DNA of 64,000 nucleotides from Octopus sinensis (lineage: Eukaryota): positions 12,586,001 through 12,650,000 of the forward strand of contig NC_043012.1 of assembly GCF_006345805.1 (NCBI RefSeq), given 5' to 3'. The position numbers and the translations under genes are program-made. Positions 38,216 through 51,419 of the stretch are shown piece by piece. How positions within the stretch are numbered: position 1 is the stretch's first letter; each line of letters opens with the position of its first letter. The notes below the pieces were generated by a model that saw nothing but the letters and a program-made list of their open reading frames with translations, was not told the DNA's origin and searched no databases.

Positions 38216-39430
38216 GATATATATATATATACATATATGTGTGTGTGTATGTGTGTATGTGTGCGTATGTGTGTGTATGTTCACGCATACATACATATAT
38301 GCACACTCACACGGGCATATACAAACCTATACATATGTACTTATATCCAAAAAGATGGTTGCGACTCGATTTCGATTAATACCATTGCTTGTTTGTTCCC
38401 TTAAAGCAGCATGGATGTAGTATCCTGTTAGAAACTACTACTTTTGCATAGATGTGGAATCGATGGGCGCCTCTTGAGATAGGTACTCAGTGAGTTACTA
38501 TCTATGCTGATCCATGCCTTCATTCCATCACCGAATCCTCCTTTGAGTGTTTTACCTTTCATATTATATATACCAGACAGTTTTTCAAAATGTTTGCGTT
38601 TATACGTTATGATATAAGTATTTATCTTATGTGAATATATGTCTCTATATATTTATGTGTATGTATTGTAGATATCTGTATGTATGCTTATGTATGTGTG
38701 TATACGTGTATATATATGTGTGTGCATATGTATATATACATATATACATATGTGTGTGTGTGTGTGTGTGTGCGTGTATGTCTATATGTATATATATATA
38801 TATATATATGTGGGCATGTATTTGCGTTCATATTTATTTGTATGCCTGTCTATATGTGTGTGTATTTGTATGCATGTTTGTGTTTAAGTAAATATACATG
38901 TAAGTTTATACATATATTATAGCGTGAATTTAGCGTGAAAAATTTTTAAACGGATATATCTTTTAATTAATTTACTATTATTTTTTCAGCTAATAATTTA
39001 CCCTGGGTATTCAGGCGGTTTTCCTTCTTTACATGCTATTTCTGATTTAAAATTGTCTTCAATTTTTATAATAATATGATTCTAAACCGCAATTTATTAC
39101 ATGCAACCGGTTAATGAAAAGACCATTAGTTGAAAGGACCAATGAAATAAAACCATTTTCAAATGTGTATCTATGAATGTAATTGTATTTCTGCATATAA
39201 ATTTATCTTCCTCCATTGTAAACAACTCTGGCCGACGAACGGAATGCGAAACTCTGAGTAACAGTTTTTGTGATTTTTTGCTGCTTTTTAAAGAAGTATA
39301 TTACTCTACCCGTGGTATTCGAGTACTAGTTTTTCCAACTTGTTTCGCATTTATGTACTTACTCCGGTATATCTATATATCTTGATGTGTGGAAGGAGAG
39401 TCATTATGCCAATATTATTAATATAAGTGC

Positions 39431-39840
39431 AGGAGTGGAAGTGTGGTAAGTAGCTTGCTTACCACCCACATGGTTCCGGGTTCATTCCCACTACGTGCAC
39501 TTTGGGCCAGTGTCTTCTACTATAGCCTCAGGCTGACCAAAGCCTTGTGAGTGGATTTGGTAGATGGAAAGTGAAAGAACCCCGTCGCATATATGTATAT
39601 ATATGCATGTGTGTGTATATTTCTTTGTGTCTGTGTTTGTCCCCCCGCTCCAACATCGCTTGACAACGGATGGTGGTGTATTTACGTCCTCGTAAGTTAG
39701 CGGTTCCGCTAAAGGGACCGATAGAATAAGTACTAGGCTTACAAAGAATAAGTCTTGGGTAGATTTACGCGACTAAAGGCGGTGCTCCGGCATGGTCGCA
39801 GTCAAACGACTGAAACAAGTAGAAGAGCAAAAGAGAGTAA
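39431..39840 (+). mobile_element. SINE family A, full length
   Basis: ggagtggaagtgtggtaagtagcttgctt...gactgaaacaagtagaagag. Confidence 0.9.
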
Positions 39841-40282
39841 CATGCACTGTTGCAATTCCACCGCTTTATAGGTCAATGAGTTGATTGTTTGCTAAATTTG
39901 GTTAAACACAAAATCATTTGTTTTGTTTACGTTCGTCAAAGCTCTTTCGTGTGTGTGTGTGTGTGTGCGTGTGTGTGCTAGTGTACGCGTGCACTTGTGT
40001 ATGTGTATATGAGTGTAAGTATGCGTGGATGTATTTATGAATGTATGTATGTATTCCTCTCTGTTTCCAGATTTGTGTGTGTATGCGTACATGTGTGTTT
40101 GTGTATGTACTTGTGCTTCGTTGTGCGTGCTTGAGTGTGTGCTTGTGTGTGTGTGTGTGTGTGTGTAAGTGTGTGTGTGAGTATATTTGAGAGTCTGTCC
40201 GTACTATCAATGCATTTACCTTCCCCCGTAGTATCTATCTATCCATCTCTCTCCCTTCCTCTCTCCCTCTCTCCCTCTTTAT

Positions 40283-40710
40283 AGGAGTGGGTGGGTGGTA
40301 AGTAGTTTACTTATCAGCCACATGGTTCCGGGTTCAGTCCCAATGCGTGGCACCTACAGCAAGTGTCATCTACTATGACCTCGGGCCGACCAAAGCCATG
40401 TGTGGATTTGGTAGACGGAAACTGAAAGAAGCCCGTCGTATATATATATATGTATACATACATACATATATATATGTGTGTGTGTGTTGGGTGTATGTGT
40501 TTGTATGTGTTTGTGGGTCTGTGTGTTTCCCCCAACATCGTTTGACAACCGATGCTTGTGTGTTTACATTCCCGTAACGTAGCGGTTCGGCAAAGAGGCC
40601 GATAGATTAAGTACCAGGCTTGCGAAGGATAAGTTGTGGGGTCGATTTGCCCGACTAAAGTCGGTGCTCCAGCAAGGCCGCAGTCAAATGACTGAAACAA
40701 GTAAAATAAT
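40283..40710 (+). mobile_element. SINE family A, full length
   Basis: Same head, body and tail as 39431-39840. Confidence 0.9.
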
Positions 40711-40716
40711 AAAAGA

Positions 40717-40749
<33 letters not shown>

Positions 40750-40849
40750 ATATATACATACATATATATATATATATACATACATACATACATATATATA
40801 TATAATTATATATATATATATATAATATATATATATATAATAATAATAA

Positions 40850-41127
40850 TAAATATTAGGGAATAAATCCAAATTTACAGGGAAAAAATCAGATTTAGGA
40901 TTAAATCCAATTTTATAGTAAAATATTATAAAATATTATTAGAGACAAAACCACTATTTTGCAAAACAACATAATTTGAAACTGACTTATTGGAAGTCCA
41001 CCTGAAGATTGTCGATCAAGACAAGAAACAATTGTAGTGGCGGTTTTTTTGACTATTTATTAAAATTTTATGTATTGATTAAGTCTTTCCTTGTTTGTTT
41101 TGCAAAATAGTGGTTTTGTCTCTAATA

Positions 41128-41137
<10 letters not shown>
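40850..41137 (+). mobile_element. Penelope-type terminal-repeat unit with an inverted copy of its 3' end, in (TA)n
   Basis: A perfect inverted repeat of about 43 bp (40927-40969 vs 41095-41137) encloses an intact hammerhead. TA tracts lie on both sides. Confidence 0.75.
40998..41040 (+). ncRNA. Minimal type-I hammerhead ribozyme with intact core
   Basis: CCAC-CTGAAGA-TTGTC(gatcaa)GACAA-GAAA-CAATTG-TA-GTGG. All core positions match the consensus, all three stems pair, stem III is palindromic, and predicted cleavage is after GUA at 41036. Confidence 0.88.
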
Positions 41138-41168
<31 letters not shown>

Positions 41169-41409
41169 ATACATATATATATATGTATATATCAGGTTTT
41201 TTTTTGTTTCTTATAAGTAATTACACATGCTGCTTTCCTTTCGCGTGATTAGATTCGTCGTGCTAATTGCACTCCCACATAGACACGCCTACTTACACAC
41301 GTGAACGCAATACGAATCCTACACAACGATGTGTTCTGCCTTCTTCCCGTTGTTTTTCTTTATATTCAAACACACACAAGCATACATAAACACGCATAAA
41401 TATATAGGT

Positions 41410-41412
41410 ACA

Positions 41413-41470
<58 letters not shown>

Positions 41471-41705
41471 CACACACACACACACGCACACACACACACA
41501 CACACGCACACACACACACGCACACACACGCACACACACACACGCACACACACACACACACGCACACACACACACACACACGCACACACACACACGCACA
41601 CACACGCACACACACACACGCACATACGCACACACACGCACACATACGCACACACACACACACACCACACACACACGCACACACACACACGCACACACAC
41701 ACACA

Positions 41706-41785
<80 letters not shown>

Positions 41786-41858
41786 GCGAACACACACACA
41801 CACATACACACACACGCACACACACACACACACGCACACACACACACACACACACACG

Positions 41859-41900
<42 letters not shown>

Positions 41901-41923
41901 CCACACACACACACACACACCAC

Positions 41924-41925
<2 letters not shown>
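41410..41925. repeat. Long (CA)n tract with CG interruptions
   Basis: Direct repeat; source of the poly-CV/HT ORFs. Confidence 0.97.
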
Positions 41926-41954
<29 letters not shown>

Positions 41955-42418
41955 AACGCGTGCATTTACATGGATAAGCACATATGCACGTGATTTTGTG
42001 TATGTGCCGTTTGTATCAGAAGACAGCTGATTAATTATGCCATTCAACGTCAATTTCTCACTTGATCGATTTAGCAATATTTAGTTGAATAAATGAAGTT
42101 ATGAACTATTTCTGTTGCTGAGGTGATTCACGTGATCAAATAGCTGGGAGAGGCGAGATACCCTTCTTGATGGCTTGTCCGATATATTGTAATCGAAAGC
42201 AATCCGCGTGGTAGTGCAAACATTGGGAATAGGCACATAGTAAGCACAGCTCGTGTCGGATTTGAATTTTAACTGACAAAAATTCTTTTGCATTTTGAAA
42301 GGGATCGAAAAGAATATTCACTGGTAAACGATAATGACTCGGAGTACCCTTCGAATGATACCACTGTATGTTTAAATATCTGGAACGTTTCATTTTAGCT
42401 GCTATTTCTACGAAATTG

Positions 42419-42824
42419 GGATCTTTTCGATTTGAACGGCAGTTTTTAAAAATAATTTCCACGTAACTAAACACTTTTAAACTTCGTATACTGGTAGAAT
42501 GTATTTATAAAACATCTTTTTCTCTTGGCTTTATTGAGAAAATTCTGTAGTTTGTAAGATATTTGTTGTTGTTTTTCTTCAATTTCTGCAATTTCAACCA
42601 ATCAATGACGTCAATTAAGGTAAAAACATTCTGTGCAGTATGAATATGTCCCTCGTTTAAGAAACAGATTGGGTTATTTACATTTCTGAAGAAAACAAAT
42701 ACCCTTCCCCCACCCCTAACCCTAACTAACCCTAACTCTAACCTTAATCCTAAAACAGATTGAAGTGCAATAGATCGATACTAGGGTCATAATTATGGGT
42801 GACAATTTCAAACCGAAAAGATCC
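42419..42824. mobile_element. Merlin-like MITE carrying (CCCTAA)-like repeats
   Basis: TIR GGATCTTTTCG(A/G)TTTGAA at both ends, perfect 8-bp TSD CGAAATTG (42411-42418, 42825-42832), and a degenerate CCCTAA run at 42714-42753. Confidence 0.85.
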
Positions 42825-45026
42825 CGAAATTGCGCGACCTAATATAAGAAACCTGTTAGCTTTCACAATTCTTTATTTAATCTTACCATAAGCCACAGTA
42901 TCTTGATCAGTAATAACCTAAATAATACTTATTTAATACGCTATGAATACCAAATTAAGAAACTCATTCAATATAGACGAATTTCTTTTCAGATATAATA
43001 TAGGAGTAGAATAATTTAGTGATAAAAAGAAACAAATATTTCGTTAATTATCGAGAATAATTCAAGCTTCATGTGGCTTTCTTCAAACGTATGCGACAGA
43101 GCTTTATCCTAAAGAAATACGTGTTTAAGGTCTATATATATTCGAGCAATGTAAACGTGTTGAGTGGATTATGTAGGCTGTCTGGAATATATATATGTAT
43201 ATATACATAATTATATTTAGATCTTGCGCCTCACACACACACGCACGATCACACTCTTATACACGCGCATATAATTTTGCTTTTGTGTATAAATTATCAG
43301 TTTTCTCTTTCTTAAAATCAATTACTCTTGGTGCATTCATTTCACGTGATGTGATTACTCGTACTCATTGCCTTCCCATATAGACACACAGATACACACA
43401 GCTACGAAATACAAACCTCACACATCTTCTGACCTTTTCCCTTTCCGTCTTTCTTTACACACACACATACACCCACACACACACACACGCAAGCACACAC
43501 AGATACACACACACGCATATCATTCTCTCTACATTTCTATCGACCTTCTAATCATAGTCTTTCCTGGTGCCTAATCTATTGAAACAAATATAATTGCTTA
43601 CCCACCACGTCTTACACACTTATGTTGGCTCTCTCGCTTTTGTTATTGTTAGTTATTCCGTTTCTTCTGTATATCTTCATTTCTCTATGTTTCTATACCT
43701 GTGTTTCTCTACAAGTGCGTAGAAGTATGCACCTCTATGTATATCTGTGCTAAAAGGTTATCAGCTGAGGATGAATTTCTCACGTATATTTTTCAGCCAA
43801 TGATTGTAAATCTCATTTTTATTCTCGTCTTATTTTTTTAGCATCAGACCATCTGTACTAACAGATGAATGATAAAAGTTTAGATATAAAACCACTCTTA
43901 CTTCCAACAGCAAATATCTGTACGGATATGAACACATTCAGCCTTTCCTAATGCCATCATCTACAATATGACAACTAAGCTTCACGCCTAGGTGGACGTC
44001 ATGCAGTGTTTGCAAGGTCACTTAGCTTGCTAAAAATAGCTGTTAGATATCCTTCCGTTCGAGGTATATTGTTTTAAATAAAATCTCCGTCGATAAAAGG
44101 AAATACTATTCAACAAATAGTGTTGAAGTAATTAACTTGTCCCTTCACCCAAATGAATTTTGCAACCTCGTTCACTTACAGGGCATGCAAGCCAGGTAAC
44201 CGGCCTTGGGATGAGAAAAATATCCCAGACACGCTTCTTCTGCACTGATTCAGAGCTAAACAGCATTCAGAATATAACTGAGATAGATTCGGTTTCAACC
44301 GCATGAGTAACGCTTACTAATCCAACACGTAACTGATTGTACGTATGTACAACTTTTTAAGAAGACTTTTGCTGTTTAAATTTTTTCCAGATTGTTATTT
44401 TAAATATTATTTTGTGTGTGTGTGTGTGTGTGTATGTGTGCGTGTGTGTTAGTGTGTGTGCGCGCACGCCTGTGTAAATGAAAATATATAAAGCAGTAGC
44501 ACAGAGCCCACTGCATTTACGAACACAAGTATAGTATAGATGTGCCTGTGCTATAACAAGCTGTGATGTCTGTGTAACAATATGAGATTTATGTGTAACA
44601 ATTGTTATGTAGACCTAAAAACAAGTTCTATAACTATCTCTTAAGTAATTTTAAATGCATTTCATGTTTGGATATTCAGAGTCGTGTAGCCATGTCAGCA
44701 TTAGTGAAATATTTGCTTGACGGCAGGGCGTATCTAGTTTCAACTTTCATATCAATAGATCCACAATTTGAAGCCAAATTTGAAAGCGGCTAAGGTGGTG
44801 AGCTGGCAGAATCGTTAGCCCGTCGGGAAAATTCTATGAGGCGTTCCCTTCAGGTTTACGTTCCGAGTTCAAATACAGCCGAGGTCAACTTTAACTTTCA
44901 TCCTTCCAGGGTCGATAAAATAAGTACCAGTTCATCACTGGAGTTGTAATTGACTTCCCACCCCCTTAAACTTGTTAGGAATCTCTTCAGTTTCGCTCAC
45001 AGAGCTTTGAATTATTTTTGTTTAGG

Positions 45027-45762
45027 TAAAAAGTTTCAAACTTCGATAACTTGTCTATTTTCTCATGCTGAACACAGTTTGCTTTCAACATTTTTGTCAA
45101 AATTTCGTATCTTAGAAGTTATCGTATTTAGGTAATTTTAACCAATCAGCGACATGTATTCAGCTGGAAAAGTTACTGTTCATTGCGATAGTAATCGAAG
45201 GGCAATAACTTTCGGCTTATCGCAACAAAAATGTCACCTCTCTGATCTATTTTAATTTTGTTTACTGCCTGTGTTGCATATTACTAGAATTTTTTTTCTT
45301 TTCTGTCGCCTCTTCGTACGGTTTGTGAAAATGCAAATGTACAAAGAGGTGATCGAAAAGCAGACAAAGCGAGTAGTATGAAACGCAGGCAGTAAACAAA
45401 AATAAATTACAACAGATTCATGTAAATAATCACAAAATTAATAGATAAATGTACAAAAAGGTGATAGAAAGGCAAGAATAAAAAAAAAAACGTTTAATAT
45501 GCAACACGGGTAGTAAACAAAAATAAAATAGGGCAGAGTAGTGGTATTTAGTAGAGATGACCTGCAAGTTGTTGCTCTTCGATTAGCATATCAAACAGTA
45601 TTAGCTTTCTTCTGCTGAATGCACATCGTTGATTGGTTAAGTTACCCAAATATGACAACTTTAACACGAAATAACTTCTAAAATACGAAACTTTCTCAAA
45701 AATGTCGAAAGTAAATCGTGTTCAGCGAGAGAAATTAGACCAATATACGAAGTCTGAAAGTG
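45027..45762. mobile_element. Foldback / long-TIR element, possibly piggyBac-like
   Basis: Left arm ~45027-45320 aligns with the reverse complement of ~45450-45762. The right end reads ...GAAAGTG|TTAA; the left end is degenerate. An extra partial arm lies at ~45338-45415. Confidence 0.7.
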
Positions 45763-45820
45763 TTAAATTAAAAAAAAAAAATAAAAAAAAAAAAAAAATA
45801 ATAATAATAATAATAATAAT

Positions 45821-47052
45821 AGGCAGGCGTAGATCGCCTTTACCTTCCCAGAGCCCAAGGAGGTCGAGCCCTGATCCAATTTGAACTAGCTTACAAAACA
45901 ACCACAATTGGACTGGCCAAATATCTCGAAATATCGAATGACTGGATGCTAAAGCTCGTGGAAAATCACGAGAGACGAAAGAAGCTTCATTCTATTATAA
46001 AGGAAAGCAAAAAATTTGCTATTGATCTCGTGCAGGATACCCGAGGGAAGTACGGCAATTATTGTTGCAAAGAAGGTAAAAATAATGGCAACGAAAAAAG
46101 CGCACGAGCAATTGGCTGATAGGTGGGAGGAGAAACCTCTGCACGGCAAATATGTGACCCGCAGCAAACAAGCTGATGTTGACCAGAAGCAAACCCATCA
46201 GTGGCTACGGAGCTCAGGGCTAAAAGCAGAGAGCGAAGGTTTCATCCTGGCTGCTCAAGATCAAAGCCTATTAACCCGGAACTACCAGGCCAATGTGATG
46301 AAAAATGGAACAGACCCAAAATGCCGATTCTGCAACGACATGATTGAAACAGTGGACCACCTAATCTCTGGATGTAAAGTCTTAGCTCCAGTGGAGTATA
46401 AATTAAGACATGACAGAGTTGGCCAATATCTACACTGGCTAATAAGTCGGCATTACAATATCAAAACTGCCGACAAGTGGTATAATCACCACCCTGAGGC
46501 TGTAACTGAAGGAGAAAATGTAACCATTCTGTGGGACTTTCCAGTACATACAGACCGAACCATCAGGCCAATAAACCAGATATTGTTGTGAAAGACCAAA
46601 ACAATAAAGTTTGCTTATTGATCGACATGAGCATCCCCTGTGATCATAATATCTCAGCGAAAGAGTTTGACAAGCTCAGAAAATATGAAGACCTACTCAT
46701 TGAAATTGAGAAATGTGGCATCTCAAGGCGGTTACAATACTAGTGATCGTAGGAGCACTAGGAATGATCAAAAACGGAACCGAAAATTATATGAGAATGA
46801 TCCCTGGCTTACCATCCCTGCAAGAAGTGCAAAAGATTGTCTTAACTGGTACATCACACGTATTGAGAAGAGCATTGTCGATGTGAGAACTGTTGCTGCT
46901 CATGTATTTTAATTTAACTTAAAAAAAAAAAAAAAAATTGAACGAACTATCGAGTTTGGTTTAATGGCAATGTATACTATGAGTTTCTTTGCCCTAGGAG
47001 TCGGGAAGACACTCGGCAAGAAATGGAAGCAAATTTGAAAGAAGAAAAAAAA

Positions 47053-47053
<1 letters not shown>
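45821..47053 (+). mobile_element. R4/Dong-like LINE 3' part (CCHC knuckle, RLE and 3' UTR), relatively young
   Basis: CRFCNDMIETVDHLISGC, RHDRV, ANKPDIVVKD...LIDMSIP...KLRKYEDL. Two single-base frameshifts are visible in the knuckle/RLE region. (AAT)n lies on both sides. Confidence 0.93.
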
Positions 47054-47106
<53 letters not shown>

Positions 47107-47808
47107 TAATGATGATGATGAGGATGATGAGGATGATGATGATGATGATGAGGAGGAGGAGGAGGAGGATGATGATGATGATGATAATAATAATTTTAAA
47201 ATCTGTGAGCGAAAGTGAAGTGATTCATTGTTAGCCTTGTGCAAAAATTTGAAACTAATATCAAGAGTGACTGCTGTCTTTGAAATTTGGCCTTTGAATT
47301 TGCCTTCCCCAAACAGTCTTAGCAAAAATTTTTAAAAAATTAGGTAAAAGGTAACTATTAATATCCTTTCTAATTTTGTCATATAGCCAGCAGTCTGAGG
47401 TGAGAGGGGAAGTCGATAACCATGTCCCATTATATTGAAATAATGAAAGAAAAATTCGACCATGGCAGAATTTGAACTCAGAACCTAAAGAGTTACTTTA
47501 GGTTCTGTGTGTGCATGTGTGTGAACTGTGTGTGTGAACTATATGTGTATGTATGTGTGTGTGTGAACTATATGTGTATGTATGTGCGTGCGCGCATGTA
47601 TGTCCTTGTGTGTGTAGGCATGTATATGCATATACTTGTGCGTGCACGTGATTTTGTTTAATTTAAAGAGAGAATGCAACAGAAATGACGACCCTGTGTT
47701 TGAGAAGATATTGGAGAGTAACGGACAAGGATACTGGACATTCTTATACACCTTTTATAAAGATGAGTAGTTTTAAGTATAGATGGTGATGCGGCTGAAG
47801 TATATATA

Positions 47809-47870
<62 letters not shown>

Positions 47871-47878
47871 TATATATA

Positions 47879-48192
47879 ACGGGAAGCTTTATGAAGACAA
47901 GCAAAAGACAAAGGCAGGTGGAATACAAACAAACAATTGTATTAGTATGGCGCTCAGGAATATAAATAAAACAAGTCTTTTACGTTTCGAGCCCACGCTC
48001 TTCAACAGAAAGATACACAGAAACGAAACACGGAGAGAAACAAGGAGAGAGAAAAATGCGTGCAGAAGCTAGCGAATCAACATATATATATATATATATA
48101 TATAATATATATATATATAGAGAAAGTTTACGAAAAAAACAAAAGACGAAGAAGTAGGGGAGATAACAAAATAAAGAGGATCCCCCCTCATA
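47879..48192 (-). mobile_element. Penelope-type terminal-repeat unit plus a partial second unit, in (TA)n
   Basis: Reverse-complement match to 30525-30702. A partial related unit at ~48119-48192 follows a TA tract. Confidence 0.75.
47976..48013 (-). ncRNA. Core-variant minimal hammerhead motif (A6U, extra A)
   Basis: Minus strand: TCTTT-CTGTTGA-A-GAGC(gtgg)GCTC-GAAA-CG-TA-AAAGA. Confidence 0.65.
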
Positions 48193-48234
48193 CATATAAA
48201 CATACATATGCATGTGTGTATGTATGTAAGTATG

Positions 48235-48292
<58 letters not shown>

Positions 48293-48464
48293 CATAGATA
48301 GATAGATAGATAGATAGATGGATAAAGATAGTTATGGCCGGTATCCTGCGTAACCCCTTAGACCGGGCATGACTATCTTTATCTAATTACTCTACTGCAG
48401 TATAACTTGGAGTGTGTACGTACGCACATACATATATGCATACTTACATACATGCATACATGCA

Positions 48465-48498
<34 letters not shown>

Positions 48499-49246
48499 CA
48501 TACTTACAGACATGCATACATACATACATACATACATATATACATACTTACATACATACATACATACATACATGCATACATACATACATACATACATACA
48601 TACATACATACATACATACATACATACATACATTTAAATATGTTCTAACAACTGGAATTGAATGGTTCTGGGCAAAATCGAAACAACAAACAGCTGTAAG
48701 AGAACATGTTGAGTTTTTGCAGTTAATAATTTTCATTAATGTCACTTCTCTGTTTCCGGAATTTTAATTTGTATATAATATAATATAATATAATATAATA
48801 TAATAAAAACCTGTGTGTGTATTCGAGTTTTTCACGCGAAAATGGATGCGCGGATTGCTTCTATAGTTTGGATGCATGAATAATTTGATCTCGTAAACAT
48901 GACAGGGTCTTCACTTCAGTTTTAAATTAAAAGTAAATAATATTGTTTTATATATATGATTCACTTCTTTTAAAAGGTTTCTCAATGTCAACGTCCAGCA
49001 TTGTCGTAGCAATGGCGAAATTTTCCATTTTCATTTGCTAAGTCTCTCACTCTATTTTATTGTTTTCATTTCAAGTTTGAATTTACCATTTGCAAACAAC
49101 TACGATAAATTACTGACGGAAATATATACTAAGTTAATAAATTTAAATATTCGGCACCATATAGTTTTTATCGAGCTTTTTTTTTATACGATTATTTGAT
49201 TTCATGTTTAATTCATTCATTGTTTGCAATATTATCTCTCCCTGCA

Positions 49247-49291
<45 letters not shown>

Positions 49292-49841
49292 ACACACATA
49301 CACACACATACACACACATACACACACATACACACACATACACACACATACACACGCATATGCACACACATAGTCTCTCTAATATAAACATACACATTCA
49401 TTTAATTTTTGTGCGCGTGTTCAGATCTGTTTTATTTGTATTTAGTCACACACGTGTATTTTTGTATGGACGTTTGTATACATTTATGTACGTGTGTGTG
49501 TTTGTGTGTATGTGTGTGTGTGTGAGAGAGAGAGAGAGACAGAGAAAGCGAGAGAGAGAGACAGAGACAGAGACAGAGAAAGCGAGCGAGAGACACAGAA
49601 AGCGAGAGAGAGAGAGTGAAGGGGCGTGTTGTCATGTATACGGACATACGTAAAAACACATGCATACATCTTTTTTCTATGTATGTGTGTGCGTGTGTGT
49701 GAGAGGGAGAGCGAGTGTGATGCCTAAGTGGCACTCACTCTCTCTTTCTCTCACTCTGTCAAACACGCGCACCCACACAGACGCACAAAGCAGATGTATG
49801 CATAACTTTTATGTATGTATATCTGACAACACACTCTTCCT

Positions 49842-49872
<31 letters not shown>

Positions 49873-51051
49873 CGCACATCCACATGTCCATTTCATCTGA
49901 TGTCTGATACTGTATATATGTATGTGTGTGTGTGAGCGAGTGCGGGGGGTGTACGCGCGTGCAGCGTTCAACAACCGCCACAACCTGTGAAGATAACCCC
50001 GTAACACAGTTTTTCATTTAATCTATTTTTCAAAAAATGTTTCCGAGAACAATGTTCTCAGTCGCTACAAGAAGAGACGGGCTAGGTGTAGTTGATCAGT
50101 ATTCTACAGTTAAGCAAAACAAGTACTGGTAGCCAGAATTCAATGCTGAATTCTGCAACTACGTTAACTCTATTAAGTATGTTTACAAATATATCGCATT
50201 TTTCTGTCAAGATTACATATTTCATTAATAGATCAGTTAATGATTTTGAAACTATAATTCACGAATGGTATGGCTAAAGTATTGATTGTTTCGATCCTGT
50301 TTCTTTCATTCAGCTCTGTCTTCATTATTGCTCTCACCCTGTGATAACATTCTCTTCTGAACCTTTCCCTCATCACTGAATGCTTGATTCTGTCCCCTTC
50401 AATTACCCCTAAGCATTTGTGTCTCTCCGCTGGTTTTAACTCTTTTATGGCATTCTGCTGCTTAAGGTTAACGTTAGATGTTTCTGTCAATTTTGTCTTG
50501 ATAAATGTAGCTTTTGCACATTTATCGAGGCCAAATTGTATCCTGATGTCATCACTGATTTGTTTCACAATCGCTAGTAAGCCCTTGAGTTGTTGGTAAC
50601 TTTTTGCATTTAGCTTTAAATCGTCCATATAAATGAGATGATTTATATTTTTATCAAACATTTTATAACCATATTATGCATCATTGAGCAATTTTGATTG
50701 AGGTATTAATGCTAGACAAAAGAGGAGTGTTTACAGTGAGTCACCCTGGAAAATGCAACATGAAATTCTTACATATCCAGCATTTAGGGATTCATTATCA
50801 CAGTTCAAAATCTCATACTTACCGAGGAAAGTTCCACATGTGTAAGAGCTATTTTATACATTTCCAGGCATTTCTGAATCTAGCTATGTGTTAGGCTATC
50901 GAAAGGTTTTTTATTGTCTATCCAGGCTATTCACAAGTCTTTGTGTCGTTTGTGACAATCTTCTAAGATCATCTTATTGGTGAGTAGCTGATCTTTACAG
51001 CCATACGATCCACGTTTACATCCTTTTTGCTCATTAGGGAATATGCTACTT

Positions 51052-51091
<40 letters not shown>

Positions 51092-51148
51092 ATATATATA
51101 TATATATACATGTAAATATATACATTTCTATACATACACACACACACG

Positions 51149-51231
<83 letters not shown>

Positions 51232-51234
<3 letters not shown>

Positions 51235-51419
51235 TAGAGTTTACGAAAAACACAAAAGACGAAGACAGGTGGTGTACAAAACAAACAGATGTATTAGTAT
51301 AACGCTCAAGAATAGAAAAAGTCTTTTACGTTTCGAGCCTACGCTCTTCTACAGAAAGGGACAAGAAAAAAACAAGGAGAGAGAAAAATATGTGTAGTGG
51401 CTAACGGTCTGCCATGGCG
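51232..51419 (-). mobile_element. Penelope-type terminal-repeat unit nested in the Dong fragment
   Basis: Related to 47879-48060 and bounded by TA tracts. Confidence 0.72.
51323..51358 (-). ncRNA. Core-variant minimal hammerhead motif (A6U, extra A)
   Basis: Minus strand: CTTT-CTGTAGA-A-GAGC(gtag)GCTC-GAAA-CG-TA-AAAG. Confidence 0.65.

Noticed and set aside
42714-42753. Telomere or chromosome-fusion scar
   Set aside because: The run is short, degenerate and internal to a TSD-flanked MITE.
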